Shown: positions 40,784 through 53,228, counted from the whole stretch's first letter. The stretch is DNA of 63,774 nucleotides, filler included, from Octopus bimaculoides (GCF_001194135.2; 5 parts of 5 records of this genome joined end to end with filler, not necessarily neighbours in it), one strand, 5' to 3'. The notes: a model not told the origin generated them from the sequence alone. Translations and numbers: made by a program.

Positions 40784-42629
40784 GTCAGCCTGTCTGTCTC
40801 CCTGTCCTTCTGTTCGTCTGTCTGCCAGTATGTACGTACGTCCGTCCGTACGTATGTATGTATGTATGTACGCATGTATGTATGTATGTATGTATGTACG
40901 CATGTATGTACGCATGTATGTACGCATGTATGTATGTATGTATGTATGTATGTATGTATGCATGAATGTATGTATGTATTATGTGTGTGTGTGTGTGTGT
41001 GTGTGTGCGCGTTGTATATGTTTGCGTATGTGTATGTTTAACCAATTTTCTGTCTTTCCTGATTCATAATTCCGTGTCGCATTATTCAAAAAAAGAAAAA
41101 GGCGCAGCGAATCGTACTTCCACTAACAAGGCCAGCACAAGTTTACATATTTATATGCACAGCAATGCAAATACACACCCATACCCGGATATCCACATTC
41201 CTATGCGCTCATATATATGCATGTGCATATATACATACATACACACATACATATGTATATATAGATAGATAGATAGAAATGTATATANNNNNNNNNNNNN
41301 NNNNNNNNNNNNNNNNNNNNNNNNNNNNNNNTTAATTAATTAANNNNNNNNNNNNNNNNNNNNNNNNNNNNNNNNNNNNNNNNNNNNAAAAAATACAACA
41401 AAAGAAAGACATGGAAAACGTTATTTTTATTTTTAGTTTTTCAACTTACCAAAATACAATATATATCGTCGGTATCACATAACGAAAGTCAAAAGATTTA
41501 TTTTTTACATTGCTTAATCATATACTGAGCTGCCATAAATATAGATTACCAAAAATATGAGTACAGCATACAACAAGAATAAATAAAGTAAAGATAACGA
41601 ACCGTCACTGAAATTCAAAATGGTGTAACCTGAAATTGTAAAATCACCAAAGCCACAAAAAAAAAAAAAAACAAGAAGAACAACTTTCGAAACTAAACAG
41701 TGGATTACAAATACTACATACCCGAATATGAAAATTATGGAAGTTCCATTAGGAAACGGACAGTTTCACAAATTTTACAGTTTTACAATAGACGGTAAAT
41801 GGATATGAGATCTTCTGGCGTCCAAGCAAAATATATGATACACATTCCTCAATTTTTTTCAACATCTTTGAGAAGAGCCATGAGCGATGGTTTGAACTGT
41901 GTAATTTGGGCAGTTTGCTCGGTGTGCTAATGATTCTGCGACCTCACACCTTTAAGAGCTTGGGACTTATATAAAAAAAAAAAAAATTTTTAAACTTGAT
42001 TATTCAGACCGTACGAAACAAGGGCTAACTGAAAGTATGAAAAGAAGCATTGAAGTTCATGTTGCTACGCGATATTAGCACTTAGTTAAAATATGCTTCT
42101 TATCGCATTACAGCTCGAGTGAGGAGCATTTTGTTTCTTTTGTATAAAAGGATTATTTTTTTGTTCTTCATATCTCTTCTTACTTTGAAGAAGTAATCAA
42201 CTAACTCGCTCCTTTTAAAATTGCTGACCTTGGGTCTAACTTTTAAAACAATGAAATTTAAAAGACAGTAATTCACAAAACCAATCTCATTATAATCAAA
42301 ATGACTGTTGTAGTAGTAACACGTGGGCCTATGATATTGCGAGTGTTAGTATGAAAAGATTTCAATGGTTACTGATTTTAGGCACAATCCTTGCGCATTT
42401 TAAGGAATTGGGGTAGTCGATAGCATTGACCTCAGTACCTGACTGCTATCTTATTTTGTCGATCCCGAAGGGAGGTATGGAAGAGTTAACTCAATGTAAA
42501 GATTTGAAACAAATATTGCGCTCTAATGATTAAATTCTATCATTTCGTCGCTATCCCTTCGTGTGAAGGGATGATAATATTAGAAAGACCAGCAGTTCTA
42601 GAGGAGAGGGGAACGTCGAACACATCGAA

Positions 42630-42923
42630 CTTAGTACTTGTTGGTACTTATTTCATCGACCCCAAAAATACGAAAGGCAAAGTCGACCGCGGTGGAATCG
42701 GAACTCAGAACGTAAAGACGGGAGGAAGTGCCGCTAAGCATTTTACTCACCGAGCTAACGGTTCTGCCAGATCACCACCATAATAATAAAAGCCATAATA
42801 ATCGCTGAAACGATGAAAAGCAAAGTTAACTTCGGCGGCGTTTGAACTCAGAATGTAAAGATGAACGAAATGCTGCTAAGCATTTTATCCGGCGTGCTAG
42901 CGATTCTGCTAGCTCTCTGCCAT
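42630..42923 (-). mobile_element. Two tandem family C SINE copies
   Basis: ggtacttatttcatcgacccc..cgaaaggcaaagtcgacc..gaactcagaacgtaaagacg, followed by a second aaagttaacttcggcggcgtttgaactcagaatgtaaag...gcgattctgctagctc. Confidence 0.8.
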
Positions 42924-42935
42924 CGTAGTGAAACG

Positions 42936-42970
<35 letters not shown>

Positions 42971-42971
<1 letters not shown>

Positions 42972-43491
42972 GCCCTGATGTCATACCAGGTACTGAATCT
43001 CATGGCTTTTGATCTTAACTGATTGGAAGTGTTATCATGTACATTGTTTTGTTTTGGTATAAAAGATGGGCTGCAGCTAATATTCTGCTCAAAACCACAA
43101 ATCTGCTTGCCAGTTGTTTGATCTTAACCAGTTGAGCATGTCCCTCAGTGGCTGACGATATGTGCCTCTCTGATCACGAGCAAAAGTAGTGGGGAGCATC
43201 ATAGCCATGTGTTGAGAGGAATTCTTTGGGGTTTGGGTGTTTCATTCATCATCCTTAAACAAACCTTATTCAGGGACCTTTAGAGTGGGATGGCCTACTT
43301 GACCTGAAGAAAATTCTAACTGGGTTCCACCTACAAGGTCATGCGCTGTTTATCTTGATATGAGATCACCATATCACGCACACATCGTTGTGATGCATGT
43401 GCGTGGTGTACCCTTATCAGACGAGTAGTCATGATGAGTATTTTGAGCTTCGTATATTTGTACCCATGTGTCCCTTAGATGCCATGCACTC
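42971..43491 (+). mobile_element. Family D, second copy, (AAT)n-flanked
   Basis: tgccctgatg..gatcttaactgattggaagtgttatcatgtac...gatgccatgcactc; same ends as the 26406 copy, with a small internal deletion. Confidence 0.75.
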
Positions 43492-43507
43492 AATAATAAT
43501 AATAATC

Positions 43508-44330
43508 AAGACTAAAACAATATCTGTCATCATAGGGGTCCTTGGAATGATAGCAAAAGGGGTTGATTGCTACTCTAGCTCAGATACCAGGGAATCTAAA
43601 AATGGAAGAAATTCAATAAATAGTGCTCATGAGAACTGCTCATATCCTACGTAAAATATTGTCTATGTAATCCCCAAAACATTTTAATCTGTAAAGAATG
43701 TTAACATACTTTTAAATGTTGTTGGCATTCTGACGCTTACGACGTTGAGGGTTCCAGTTGATTCGATCAACGGAATAGCCTGCTCGTGAAATTAACGTGC
43801 AAGTGGCTGAGCACTCCACAGACACGTGTATCCTTAACATAGTTCTCGGGGATATTCGGCGTGACACACTGTGACAAGGCTGACACTTTGAATTACAGGC
43901 ACAACAGAAACAGAAAGTAAGAAGAAGAAAGAGGTGGTGAAAGAGTACAGCAGGGTTCGCCAGCATCTCCTGCCGGAGCCTCGTGGAGCTTTAGGTGTTT
44001 TCGCTCAATAAACAGTCACAACGCCCGGTCTGGGATTCGAAACCGCGATCCTATGACCGCGAGTCCGCTGCCCTAACCACTGGGCCATTGCGCCTCCACA
44101 CTTTTAAATGTACATAATAGCAAACACCTTTAATTGTCATCTTAACATGACACTGTCATTTTATAATCAAATTTGCTTATGTTTCGGCATATATTCTCTA
44201 GAATACTCTGTGCAAAACCAAATATATGGCACCCTAGTCATAATATCAACTTCTAACTTGTTAGCTCTTGAGGTCTGTGGGTGAGACTTGGAGTCAACTT
44301 GTACAGACACAACGCAAAAGGCAAATATGT
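43508..44330 (+). mobile_element. R4/Dong-clade 3' end (same family as 27347), interrupted by a SINE B
   Basis: KTKTISVIIGVLGMIAKG.../QIPGNLKMEEIQ*IVLMRTAHILRKILSM*. The 3' UTR ctcttgaggtctgtgggtgagacttgga matches 27675-27700. (AAT)n lies on both sides. Confidence 0.8.
43720..44099 (-). mobile_element. SINE family B, full length with 12-bp target-site duplication
   Basis: Matches the 1545-1921 copy. ACTTTTAAATGT flanks it at 43708-43719 and 44100-44111. It interrupts an R4/Dong 3' UTR. Confidence 0.92.
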
Positions 44331-44354
44331 AATAATAATCATAATAATTATTTC

Positions 44355-44540
44355 TAATTTTGGAACAAGGCCAGCAATTTTTAAAGGAAGGATTATGTCG
44401 ATTACATTGATCTCCAACCAAGTGCTTCACTTGTATTTATTTTATCGACACCGGAAAGATGAGAGGCAAAGTCGATCGCGGTGGAATTCGAACATAGAAC
44501 GTGAATTGCCAAATAAAAATGCCGTTAAGCATTTTGTCCA
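44355..44540 (-). mobile_element. SINE family C
   Basis: ttttggaacaaggccagcaattt...ttttatcgacaccggaaagatgagaggcaaagtcgat...taagcattttgtcc. Confidence 0.75.
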
Positions 44541-44724
44541 TCGCAGCTGACAACTGTGTCTTTTAGTGTGAGGGAACCTTTACACTCGTGTGAGAGCAAC
44601 TCGACAATAATATATACGAGTGTGAGTTTGAGTAAATATTTTTTTTTCTCTTTGTACAGTGACAGTTGTAATACATGCAGCTAGAAGAAAAGAACAAAAA
44701 GAGCATCACTATTGCAGCAGTAGC

Positions 44725-44776
<52 letters not shown>

Positions 44777-45544
44777 ACGGCAGTAGCAGCAACAACAATG
44801 CAGAGTGCAACAGAATTAATAACAGAAAGTGCAGTAAGAGCATGTAGTTGGTGATAAATGGGTCGAGTGTTTTTCTGAAAGCTATCTACAATTGGTCGAT
44901 TTTCGTTTTCTTTCTTTCTTTCTTTCTATACAAATGTTTCGAGAGATTTAGCAGCGATTTAAAGTGCAACATTGCACTTCAGTATTTTACATGCAACGGC
45001 CACAATAACAGCAGCAGCAACAATGCATAACAACAACATTTATCTAATAAAAAGACACACGATGCTGTGTTTGAACTGGAGACAATAACATCGACATTTA
45101 TACAACGAAGTTTTTTTTTTTTTTTGCTTTTCTTTCCCGTTTTCTTTCCGTTTGTTGTTGTTGTTGTTGTTGTTGTTGTTATTGCTGCTGCATAAATTTG
45201 TCAGCCATGATGGCGTAGAACTGAGATCGAAAATATTATAGTCGTGATCATCATGCCTTTTTCTATTTTTCTTGCGAAATGGATCCAGAATTAATTACGC
45301 AACAATTTTTGTTTTCTAATTTCAAGACATCAGAGTAGGGTCTAATTCCAGAGAGATTTAGCTGCTATTTCTAGCAGGTCGAATGACGATATAGTTTTAT
45401 TTTACATTTCTCTTTTTCCTTTTTTTTTAATTTCTGTTTTTTTTTTCTTTTTTTCTTTTTTAATTTCTCTTTTTTCTTTTTATTCTGGAGATGTACTTGC
45501 ATAGCAAGTGACCTGATCTGAGATCGTGTGCTGGAACGAAAACA

Positions 45545-45777
45545 ATTGCAGCGTGGAAGGTGTTTATAAGCCATTTAAAATAACACACAAACACCTTAGA
45601 TTCACTTCAACATTTAAATTTAATTTGTCAAAATATTTTCGTCGCTTTGAGACCGCGACCTGTTCACTGACAAAACTCTAGCACAGAATTTGACAAATTA
45701 AATTTAAATGTTGAAGTGAATCTAACGGTTTTTGTGTGTTATTTCAAATGGCTTATAAACACCTTCCACGCTGCAAT
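45545..45777. repeat. Foldback / MITE-like hairpin with ~88-bp arms
   Basis: attgcagcgtggaaggtgtttataagccatt..gattcacttcaacatttaaatttaatttgtcaaa (45545-45632) is inverted at 45689-45777. Confidence 0.85.
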
Positions 45778-46449
45778 AGTCTTTTTATTCTAATTTCACT
45801 TTTTTCTTATTCCCTTTTTTTTTTAAAAACTTTTTGACGATAGTAATTATGCTATGTTTTTGCTGTTTGAAATGAGTAGTTGTGATGATCATGCCGAAAG
45901 AAGAATATTACCGGCAAAAATGTAGTAAGCTTGTATTTGTATACGGTTTCGATTGTGTGATTCGAAACCATTTTCATTTCACAACCAACTAAGCAAATTC
46001 CTCGGATTCCATCACACATTCTCCCTACTTTAATAATAACACCAGCAACATGAGATTTTTATTGCAGCACTGAATCTATGTTGTTAGTTGATCACAATAA
46101 CAGAATAATACTGGAACTATATATTAACTTCAACGGGGTTGATGATGATGCTGTGGCTGCTGCTGCTGTGGTTCTTGTTGTTGAGGTGTAGCTTCAGGTC
46201 ATCTCTGAACAGGCAGTACTCATATGTAACGCACTTGGCTGAAAGACGCGATGGGATTCCCAGAGTCCTTCCCCAGTAATACTCCCAACCCATCCAACCT
46301 GGGGGCAGCACTTCGCTTTCCAACATGCTGTGCTAGATCGTATTGAGGAGTAACCCGACATTCTGGATATATTGTTCTCTCTCTAGTATCAAGTGTAATA
46401 CAGTGTGGTCGTAGATTTTGTTGGTAGTCAATGGAACAGAACGGCAATA

Positions 46450-47750
46450 TGAACCTAGAGTGCAAGCAAATTCACTTTTCTGTTGCTATTTATCCGCATT
46501 TGTTGATGGTGGTGTATATCCCAGAACAGTGTTTGGGACCAGTAGGTTATTAATGATGCGACTGCTTCTGTGTGTATGGACGGAGTGAGGTTATACTTGT
46601 TTAAATTGAGTGAGAAATTTAGTGTGTTTGGGATATTGTTTTTGTAATATTTGAGGGTGTTGTGAATGTGCCTGGGAGTTTGGAGGGGGTTGTTTTCATA
46701 ACAAAGACTATCGGATACTGACGGTCGTCGAGAGCTACAATCTGTGTTCTTCTCATCTGGTAGTTTTATATTTTCAGTGTTTTTGTTTCGTTAGATACTC
46801 CATAGGTATGTTCTATACACAAGCTGCTGCGCGTTAATTTTATGTAGTTTGTAGTTATTATACATTGTAATCTTTTCTAGAGACATCTATATTAGTTTGT
46901 ACATGTCTCTGTCTTTCTGTTTCTCTCTCTTTCTCTCTCTGTTGTGACTATGAGAGTGATTTGCATTTGATGTTCTCTGCTATTGATGGGATAAAGAGGT
47001 ACAGTGGTTTAGGATGTTGTTTTAAGTCTTTTATTGAAGAGACATATCTCTAGTTCACACAAATACTATTGGAGTAGTTGTACAAGTATCTAGAGGATAT
47101 AGAAATGGTGTGTTTTTATCCCTCGGCGATATCTATGCCTGAGGACCTCAATGTTTTGTAGAGGTGCAGTAATATCATGCAGGTGAGTAAACAGATCTCT
47201 GTGGCCTTCTGTTATAGAAATTATTGGTCCTAGAAGTGTTGTACACTTCAGAGGTTTGGCGGCCAAAAGCGTAGTTTTTTTTATATGAGTAGACACCGGT
47301 GAATGGAGTCGAAAAATTTGCCAATAACCGGTGAATGTTAGAATAGAAATATGCTTTTTGGTGTGGTTTTTCAATAGTGTAGTGTCATGATGGTGTAGCA
47401 TCGTAGTCAGAAATTGTGTTTTCATTTGAAGTGGAGCTATTGGAATCAATTATAACAAGGTTTAACCTTTTTCTAAAGGTTCGTGGACAGAAGGTTGATA
47501 GATTTGTACGAAGTTACGTCACTTGATTTGGTTCGTTAGGATTTATGATTGTTATAAGTTCATCCAGCTTCCAGATTTGGGGATCTTCACGATGCTGGTA
47601 CAAATGGTTGGATTTCTTTGTGAATGTAGGGATTCCTTTAATCACCATTCTCTCTTAGTTCTTTGTTAGCAATTTTGCCTAGCTCCGAAGGTTTGGAATT
47701 TTTAGACTAGTCTTTTCCTCTTTTTATGACTGTTGTTTGAGTGACTAGTC
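46450..47750 (-). mobile_element. Decayed Jockey/I-like LINE ORF2 fragment
   Basis: IWKLDELITI..P at 47573 and TSYKSINLLS at 47514-47485 correspond to the WK.A.I..I.KP...SYRPISLLS motif. The rest is heavily frameshifted. Confidence 0.6.
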
Positions 47751-47783
47751 AACATCGTAATCTAAGTTCAAGATGTGTATGTT

Positions 47784-47839
<56 letters not shown>

Positions 47840-48009
47840 GTGTGTGCGTGTGTGTGTTCTTGTCCTCTTTGTGCTGATTTTCGAGAAATAACTGAAAGGT
47901 GATTTGCTTATTTTGTTGGAACAATTTGGATATATTTTAAGGATGTTATAGCGACATTGGACAATTTGCGACCATCGTTGCTGATGATTTTGAGTTACTT
48001 ATTACTCTC

Positions 48010-48260
48010 AAAGAGTTCTATATTTCTGAGATGAGGAATTAGTCCAAGCGGTGTCCTCATTTTCATTGTCGCTTTCACTACGTTTCGGCTGTAAAAGCTC
48101 CAGTCTTTTTTCAGGTGTCTTCCAATCGGTACAGAACAATCAAGAGACATAGCACAGTGAATAAAGGCAATATGCAATGCAGTGCAGCCACCTAGATGTC
48201 TTGAGTTCTATCTCAAGGTTAATCACAAGACATCTAAAGAAGGCTGGCGCGTACATTGGG
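48010..48260. mobile_element. Penelope-like pseudo-LTR fragments in divergent orientation, with a decayed hammerhead motif
   Basis: Minus-strand agacacctgaaaaaagactg..cagccgaaacgtagtg and plus-strand caagacatctaaagaaggctgg (48226-48247) are homologous. Hammerhead-like cores in such repeats are characteristic of Penelope-like elements. Confidence 0.5.
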
Positions 48261-48302
48261 CATAACTCTGACTGGCGTATATATGTATATATAAATATAT
48301 AT

Positions 48303-48515
48303 GTGTTTGCGTGTCTGTGTTTGTCCCTTCACCATCGTTTGACAACCGATATTGGTGTGTTTACGTCCCCTTAACTTGGCAGTTCGGAAAAAAGAGACCG
48401 ATAGAATAATAAGTACTAGGCTTACAAGGAATAAATCCTGGGATCGATTTCTTCGACTAGAGGCAGTGCTCCAGCATGTTTGCAGTCAAATGACTGAACA
48501 AGTAAATGAATAAAA
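48303..48515 (+). mobile_element. SINE family A, 3' half
   Basis: gtttacgtcccc...gatagaata...agtactaggcttac...ctccagcatg...gtcaaatgactgaacaagtaa. Confidence 0.8.
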
Positions 48516-48749
48516 GAAAGAACACACACACACACATACACATACACACACATACACACATGTATTGATAATACATACTTGAAAAAGGATGCGTGGCGTT
48601 CGATCATATGATAATATAAATAATATATAAATATATGCATATATACATACCTATATGTACATACCTACATATATGTGTATATATACATGCATATATGGGG
48701 ACAGGACATAAAAAAACGTTAAACACAATGAGAAACGAAAACATAGAAA

Positions 48750-49300
48750 CGAGACATTGCAACATAAAGAATATTCCCCTTCATCAGTTCTCCCTGTTTC
48801 ACCTACTGCGCGTTTCGAAGATAAGGACAATACGCGACTTCGTTGAAACAGTCCTTCCCGCAAAACAAATTAAATAAAATTTGGGATATTTTGCGGAGGG
48901 TGAAAGTGGTAACAAGAACAGGACAGTGAGAACAAGACAGTAAAAACAAACGGTGAGGGCTGTTGAGCCAAGACGATAGAAAAATTATTATAAATGCTAG
49001 GAGGACGAGCCAGTAGAGGAGACAGGCAAAAGCACGTCTTGTCTTTAGGAAAGAATTTGGACAGAAAGATAGATCCCCTTTCGTCACGTGTCAGCGGCGA
49101 GAGAGTCAAGGAGGAAAAGTGAGAGGAAGAGGGATCGGTGAAGGGGAGAGGAGAACGGATAATAAAATTAACGGACAACAGGAGGACGTGCACAAGGAAT
49201 GTATTAGCTTGATGCTCGGTGAAAGGAGAGAGTTTGCAAGATGTCACGCAGAGGGAATGAATCCGAAGCTACGTTGTAGGAAGCTAGCTTAACCTTAGGG
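48750..49300 (-). mobile_element. Penelope-like element fragment (weak ORF C-terminus remnant + pLTR-like segment with hammerhead motifs)
   Basis: LTRDERGSIFLSKFFPKD loosely resembles the PLE C-terminal R..RE..LIF.L....P.G.N motif. CTGATGA and GAAAC hammerhead words lie at 48781-48838 on the minus strand. Confidence 0.4.
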
Positions 49301-49965
49301 TTATGCAGATTAGGTAACTGGAAGGAACTATTTTTGTGGATATCCGGGATTCTTGGTAATAAATATTCAGATTACATCACTAATAGGAATTATATGTTTG
49401 TATAACTGGAAGACATTAAATGTTTCATGTCAACAGGGAAGAGAAAGTTGAATGAAACCAGTTCAAAATTAGGTTACGTTATTTTCAGTAAACTTAAAGC
49501 GACCTTCGATGAACTCCTGTAACTAAGTTTTTTGTTTCTATTCTCTTTATTGTTATTATGTATATGAGCCCTTGTGGCCAATAAAAGAATTTGTATTTTT
49601 CATTTTGTAAGCTAATCCTCGCGGTACGAAACACGTACCGAAAGACAAACACACACACACACACACACGCGCGTACACGCTGAAACGTAACACTTTGTGA
49701 CTGCACGCAAGCCCACTTACAGTTGTAAGGGCAGTTTAGTTTCTAAATTAAGCGCACAGATGTATGTATGTATGAATGCATGCATGTATTCAGATCCGTT
49801 CGGTAGCTTTGTTCTTCGCTTCGAATTTTACAGTGCTGTAAGTGCTTCGATATGCATGCATATCTTATATATTTGCATACATGCACACATACATACATAC
49901 ATACATACATGCATATATATACACATAAGTATATACATATGTACATACTTATGTACATACATACA

Positions 49966-49999
<34 letters not shown>

Positions 50000-51053
50000 C
50001 ATACATACATACATGCATACATACATTATTTTTGCTGTTTTCGATAGACCACCTGCCAAGCTGACCTACCCACCTACCGGCAAACCATCAACTAACCAGC
50101 CAACCAGCCAGACAGCCAACAAAATCTTTGTCTTTCGTAGTAAATAAAAACAGAATAGAACTTATATTTAAATAAATAAATAAATAAATAAATATTGGTG
50201 ATAGAGAGGGGTGTGGGTAAATGAAAGAAGAGCAATACAAAAAGAAGCCGCCGTGATTTGATTGGTCGAAAAGTATTACAGTGTACGGCAGGCTGTTCAG
50301 TCTGTGAAGCCTCCATTCACACCCCACTGATGTTTTTGATCTTTTTTAACGTCACACTTTTGTTTCCCCTCTCTCATTCTCTTTCCCTTTCACTATCACT
50401 CTTATTCAATCTATCGCTTTCTTCCTACCTATATTTATTACTTTGTATTTTTTATTCCTATCTCTTACTTCTCTCTTTAGTTTCTGCTCTCTTTCTAACT
50501 ATTGTCTTTTACTTTGACCTCCTCCCTCCAATTTCGCTTCTATCTGCTTCACTCCTTTTGATTTACTTTCGTTCTCTCTCTCACTCCTCCTCAAATCAAA
50601 CTCTCCCCTACACGCTCTCTGTATATATATATATATATATATATATTATGTATCTTTATGTATCTTCTCTATATTAAATCACCTCTATCTTTCTCTCTTC
50701 CCTCACTCTCTTATATTATCCTTCTCCATGCTACTGTTTCTATCTGTTTCCCTCTAGCTCTCACTCTTTTTCTCTCACATTTTTATCGCTCTTTCTGTCG
50801 TTCTTACCTCTTCCTCCTCCTACTACTCTATTAACAGCGATAGTGAGAGAACACTTGGTGAACTGACCCAGTTTGACTCTCGCTGGCTGGCTCGTCGGCT
50901 GGCAGCTTGTTGATTGGTTCACTACCTCGTGATAGAGCTACTTGTCTTATAGTACACGCTGTCCTCCTTAGACACTATTTCATGTGTACGTAAGAATATC
51001 ACTCTGTCATTGTTTGTACACATGTATGTGTGTGCGTATATATATATTTATAT

Positions 51054-51085
<32 letters not shown>

Positions 51086-51934
51086 TGCGTTTCAGCCAAG
51101 TGGCTGCGGTCGTGCTGGAGCTCTTCTCCGCCACCTGATGTAGTCCAATCAAGAGTTTCGATGGCACATCTGGTGTGTAAGAGAATTTGACATAGCTGCC
51201 CTCAGCTGTGTCTCATTTCGAGGCATCGGTTCGTCTGGTATCGTGAATATGAAAGTGTCAAGTTTTGTTTTGAAGACCTCTATAACCATGTCTTGCAGGT
51301 CTCTCAATACATTTATTCTATTCTATATCGGTCCTGTTTTGGCGAACTGCTAACACGCACACACACACATATGTCTATAAATATGTGTGTGTGTGTATAT
51401 ANNNNNNNNNNNNNNNNNNNNNNNNNNNNNNNNNNNNNNNNNNNNNNNNNNNNNNNNNNNNNNNNNNNNNNNNNNNNNNNNNNNNNNNNNNNNNNNNNNN
51501 NNNNNNNNNNNNNNNNNNNNNNNNNNNNNNNNNNNNNNNNNNNNNNNNNNNNNNNNNNNNNNNNNNNNNNNNNNNNNNNNNNNNNNNNNNNNNNNNNNNN
51601 NNNNNNNNNNNNNNNNNNNNNNNNNNNNNNNNNNNNNNNNNNNNNNNNNNNNNNNNNNNNNNNNNNNNNNNNNNNNNNNNNNNNNNNNNNNNNNNNNNNN
51701 NNNNNNNNNNNNNNNNNNNNNNNNNNNNNNNNNNNNNNNNNNNNNNNNNNNNNNNNNNNNNNNNNNNNNNNNNNNNNNNNNNNNNNNNNNNNNNNNNNNN
51801 NNNNNNNNNNNNNNNNNNNNNNNNNNNNNNNNNNNNNNNNNNNNNNNNNNNNNNNNNNNNNNNNNNNNNNNNNNNNNNNNTATGTATGTATGTATGTATG
51901 TATGTATATATATATTGTGTGTGTGCGCGTGTGA

Positions 51935-52250
51935 GATCGCGGTTTCGATTCCCGGACCGGGCGCTGTGAGTGTTTATTGAACAAAAGCACCTAAAAGCTC
52001 CACGAGGCTCCACGAGGGTGGTGTTGAGCCCCGCTGTACTCTTTCATCACAAATTTCTCTCACTCTTTCTTCCTGTTTCTGGTGTACTTGTATTTCAAAG
52101 GGCCAGCCTTGTCACACTCTGTGTCACGCTGAATCTCCCCAAGAACTACGTTAATGGTACACGTGGCTATGGAGTGCTCATCCACATACACGATAATTTC
52201 ACGAGAAGGCTATTCCGTTGATCACATCAACTGGAACCCTCGTCGTCGTA
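51935..52250 (+). mobile_element. SINE family B (start of head missing)
   Basis: gatcgcggtttcgattcccggaccgggcg...ctggaaccctcgtcgtcgta. Confidence 0.88.
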
Positions 52251-53065
52251 TCGTCCAGTCGAAAGACATTTGTTGTTATGTCCTGTTATTATTTTTATTG
52301 TATTTGTGTAACATTGTTCGTTTTTTTTTTCGTCCTTGTTTTTGTATACATTCGTTGCTTTCTCCCAAGGAATCTAATGCTCTTAGCTTAGTTTTTCCTT
52401 GGGGCTGGCCAGATTGGAGCAATATCGAGAAAAAACAGCCGAAATTGCAAAGATAAACTGGATCTCGACTGAAGAGAGAAAACTCCGAATGACCTGTCCT
52501 TGTTTTCTTTGTATCGTCTATCTGGATGTTTTGTCCCTTTCTTGTATNNNNNNNNNNATAGTGACGTACGTACACTTTGTCTCTTATATGTAAGTATACA
52601 TTTTTCTAAATCTTGTATGACTCTATTTCTGTCTATCAGCCCCTTCACCCTTATTCATTCATTCTGCTGTTCGTTCTTTCGTTCCCCCTCACTCACATTT
52701 CCTTGTCTTCTCTTCTCCCTCCACTTTTCACTTCACTGTGTCCGTCATTTTTTCTCGCCCTTCCCTAATTCTTTTGTCTCTCTGCCTCTACCTCTCTCTT
52801 TTCTCTTCCCATGTGATCGGTGTTTGGCCAAGCCTGACCTTTCCTTTTTGGGGCGGCCGTTGTGCGTGCAACATCGTTATTTCTCCCTGTGCCTGTGAAA
52901 ACTTGTATCCCGGCTGTAAGGCGTTATTTCTATATACGCCAGCTTAATTTTATTCGTCCAGTCGAAAGACATCTGTTGTTATGTCCCGTTATTATTCCTA
53001 CTGTATTTGTGTAACATTGTTCATTTTTTTTTAGTCCTTGTTTTTGTATACATTCCCTGCTTTCT
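52251..53065. repeat. Segment bounded by ~113-bp direct repeats (possible retroelement pseudo-LTR arrangement)
   Basis: tcgtccagtcgaaagacat.tgttgttatgtcc.gttatt...gtaacattgttc...gtccttgtttttgtatacattc at 52251-52363 and 52954-53065. Confidence 0.65.
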
Positions 53066-53181
53066 AGCTGCAAACGGAGTCACAAATGCAAAATACAAGT
53101 TAGACATAGAGCGCACAATGTTCCTAAAGGTCAGTAATGGTCTTCGTCGCTTACAAGTGGATGGCCATCATCGTATATGTA

Positions 53182-53228
<47 letters not shown>

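Noticed and set aside
46117-46326. C2H2-like string KCVTYEYCLFRDDLKLHLNNKNH
   Set aside because: Spacing is off-consensus, it is a single finger, and it lies at the end of a decayed LINE with no splice support.
52465-52500. Hammerhead-like CTGAAGA-gag-aaaa-ctc-CGAA
   Set aside because: Extra C before GAA, A15.1 missing, and I could not form stems I or III.
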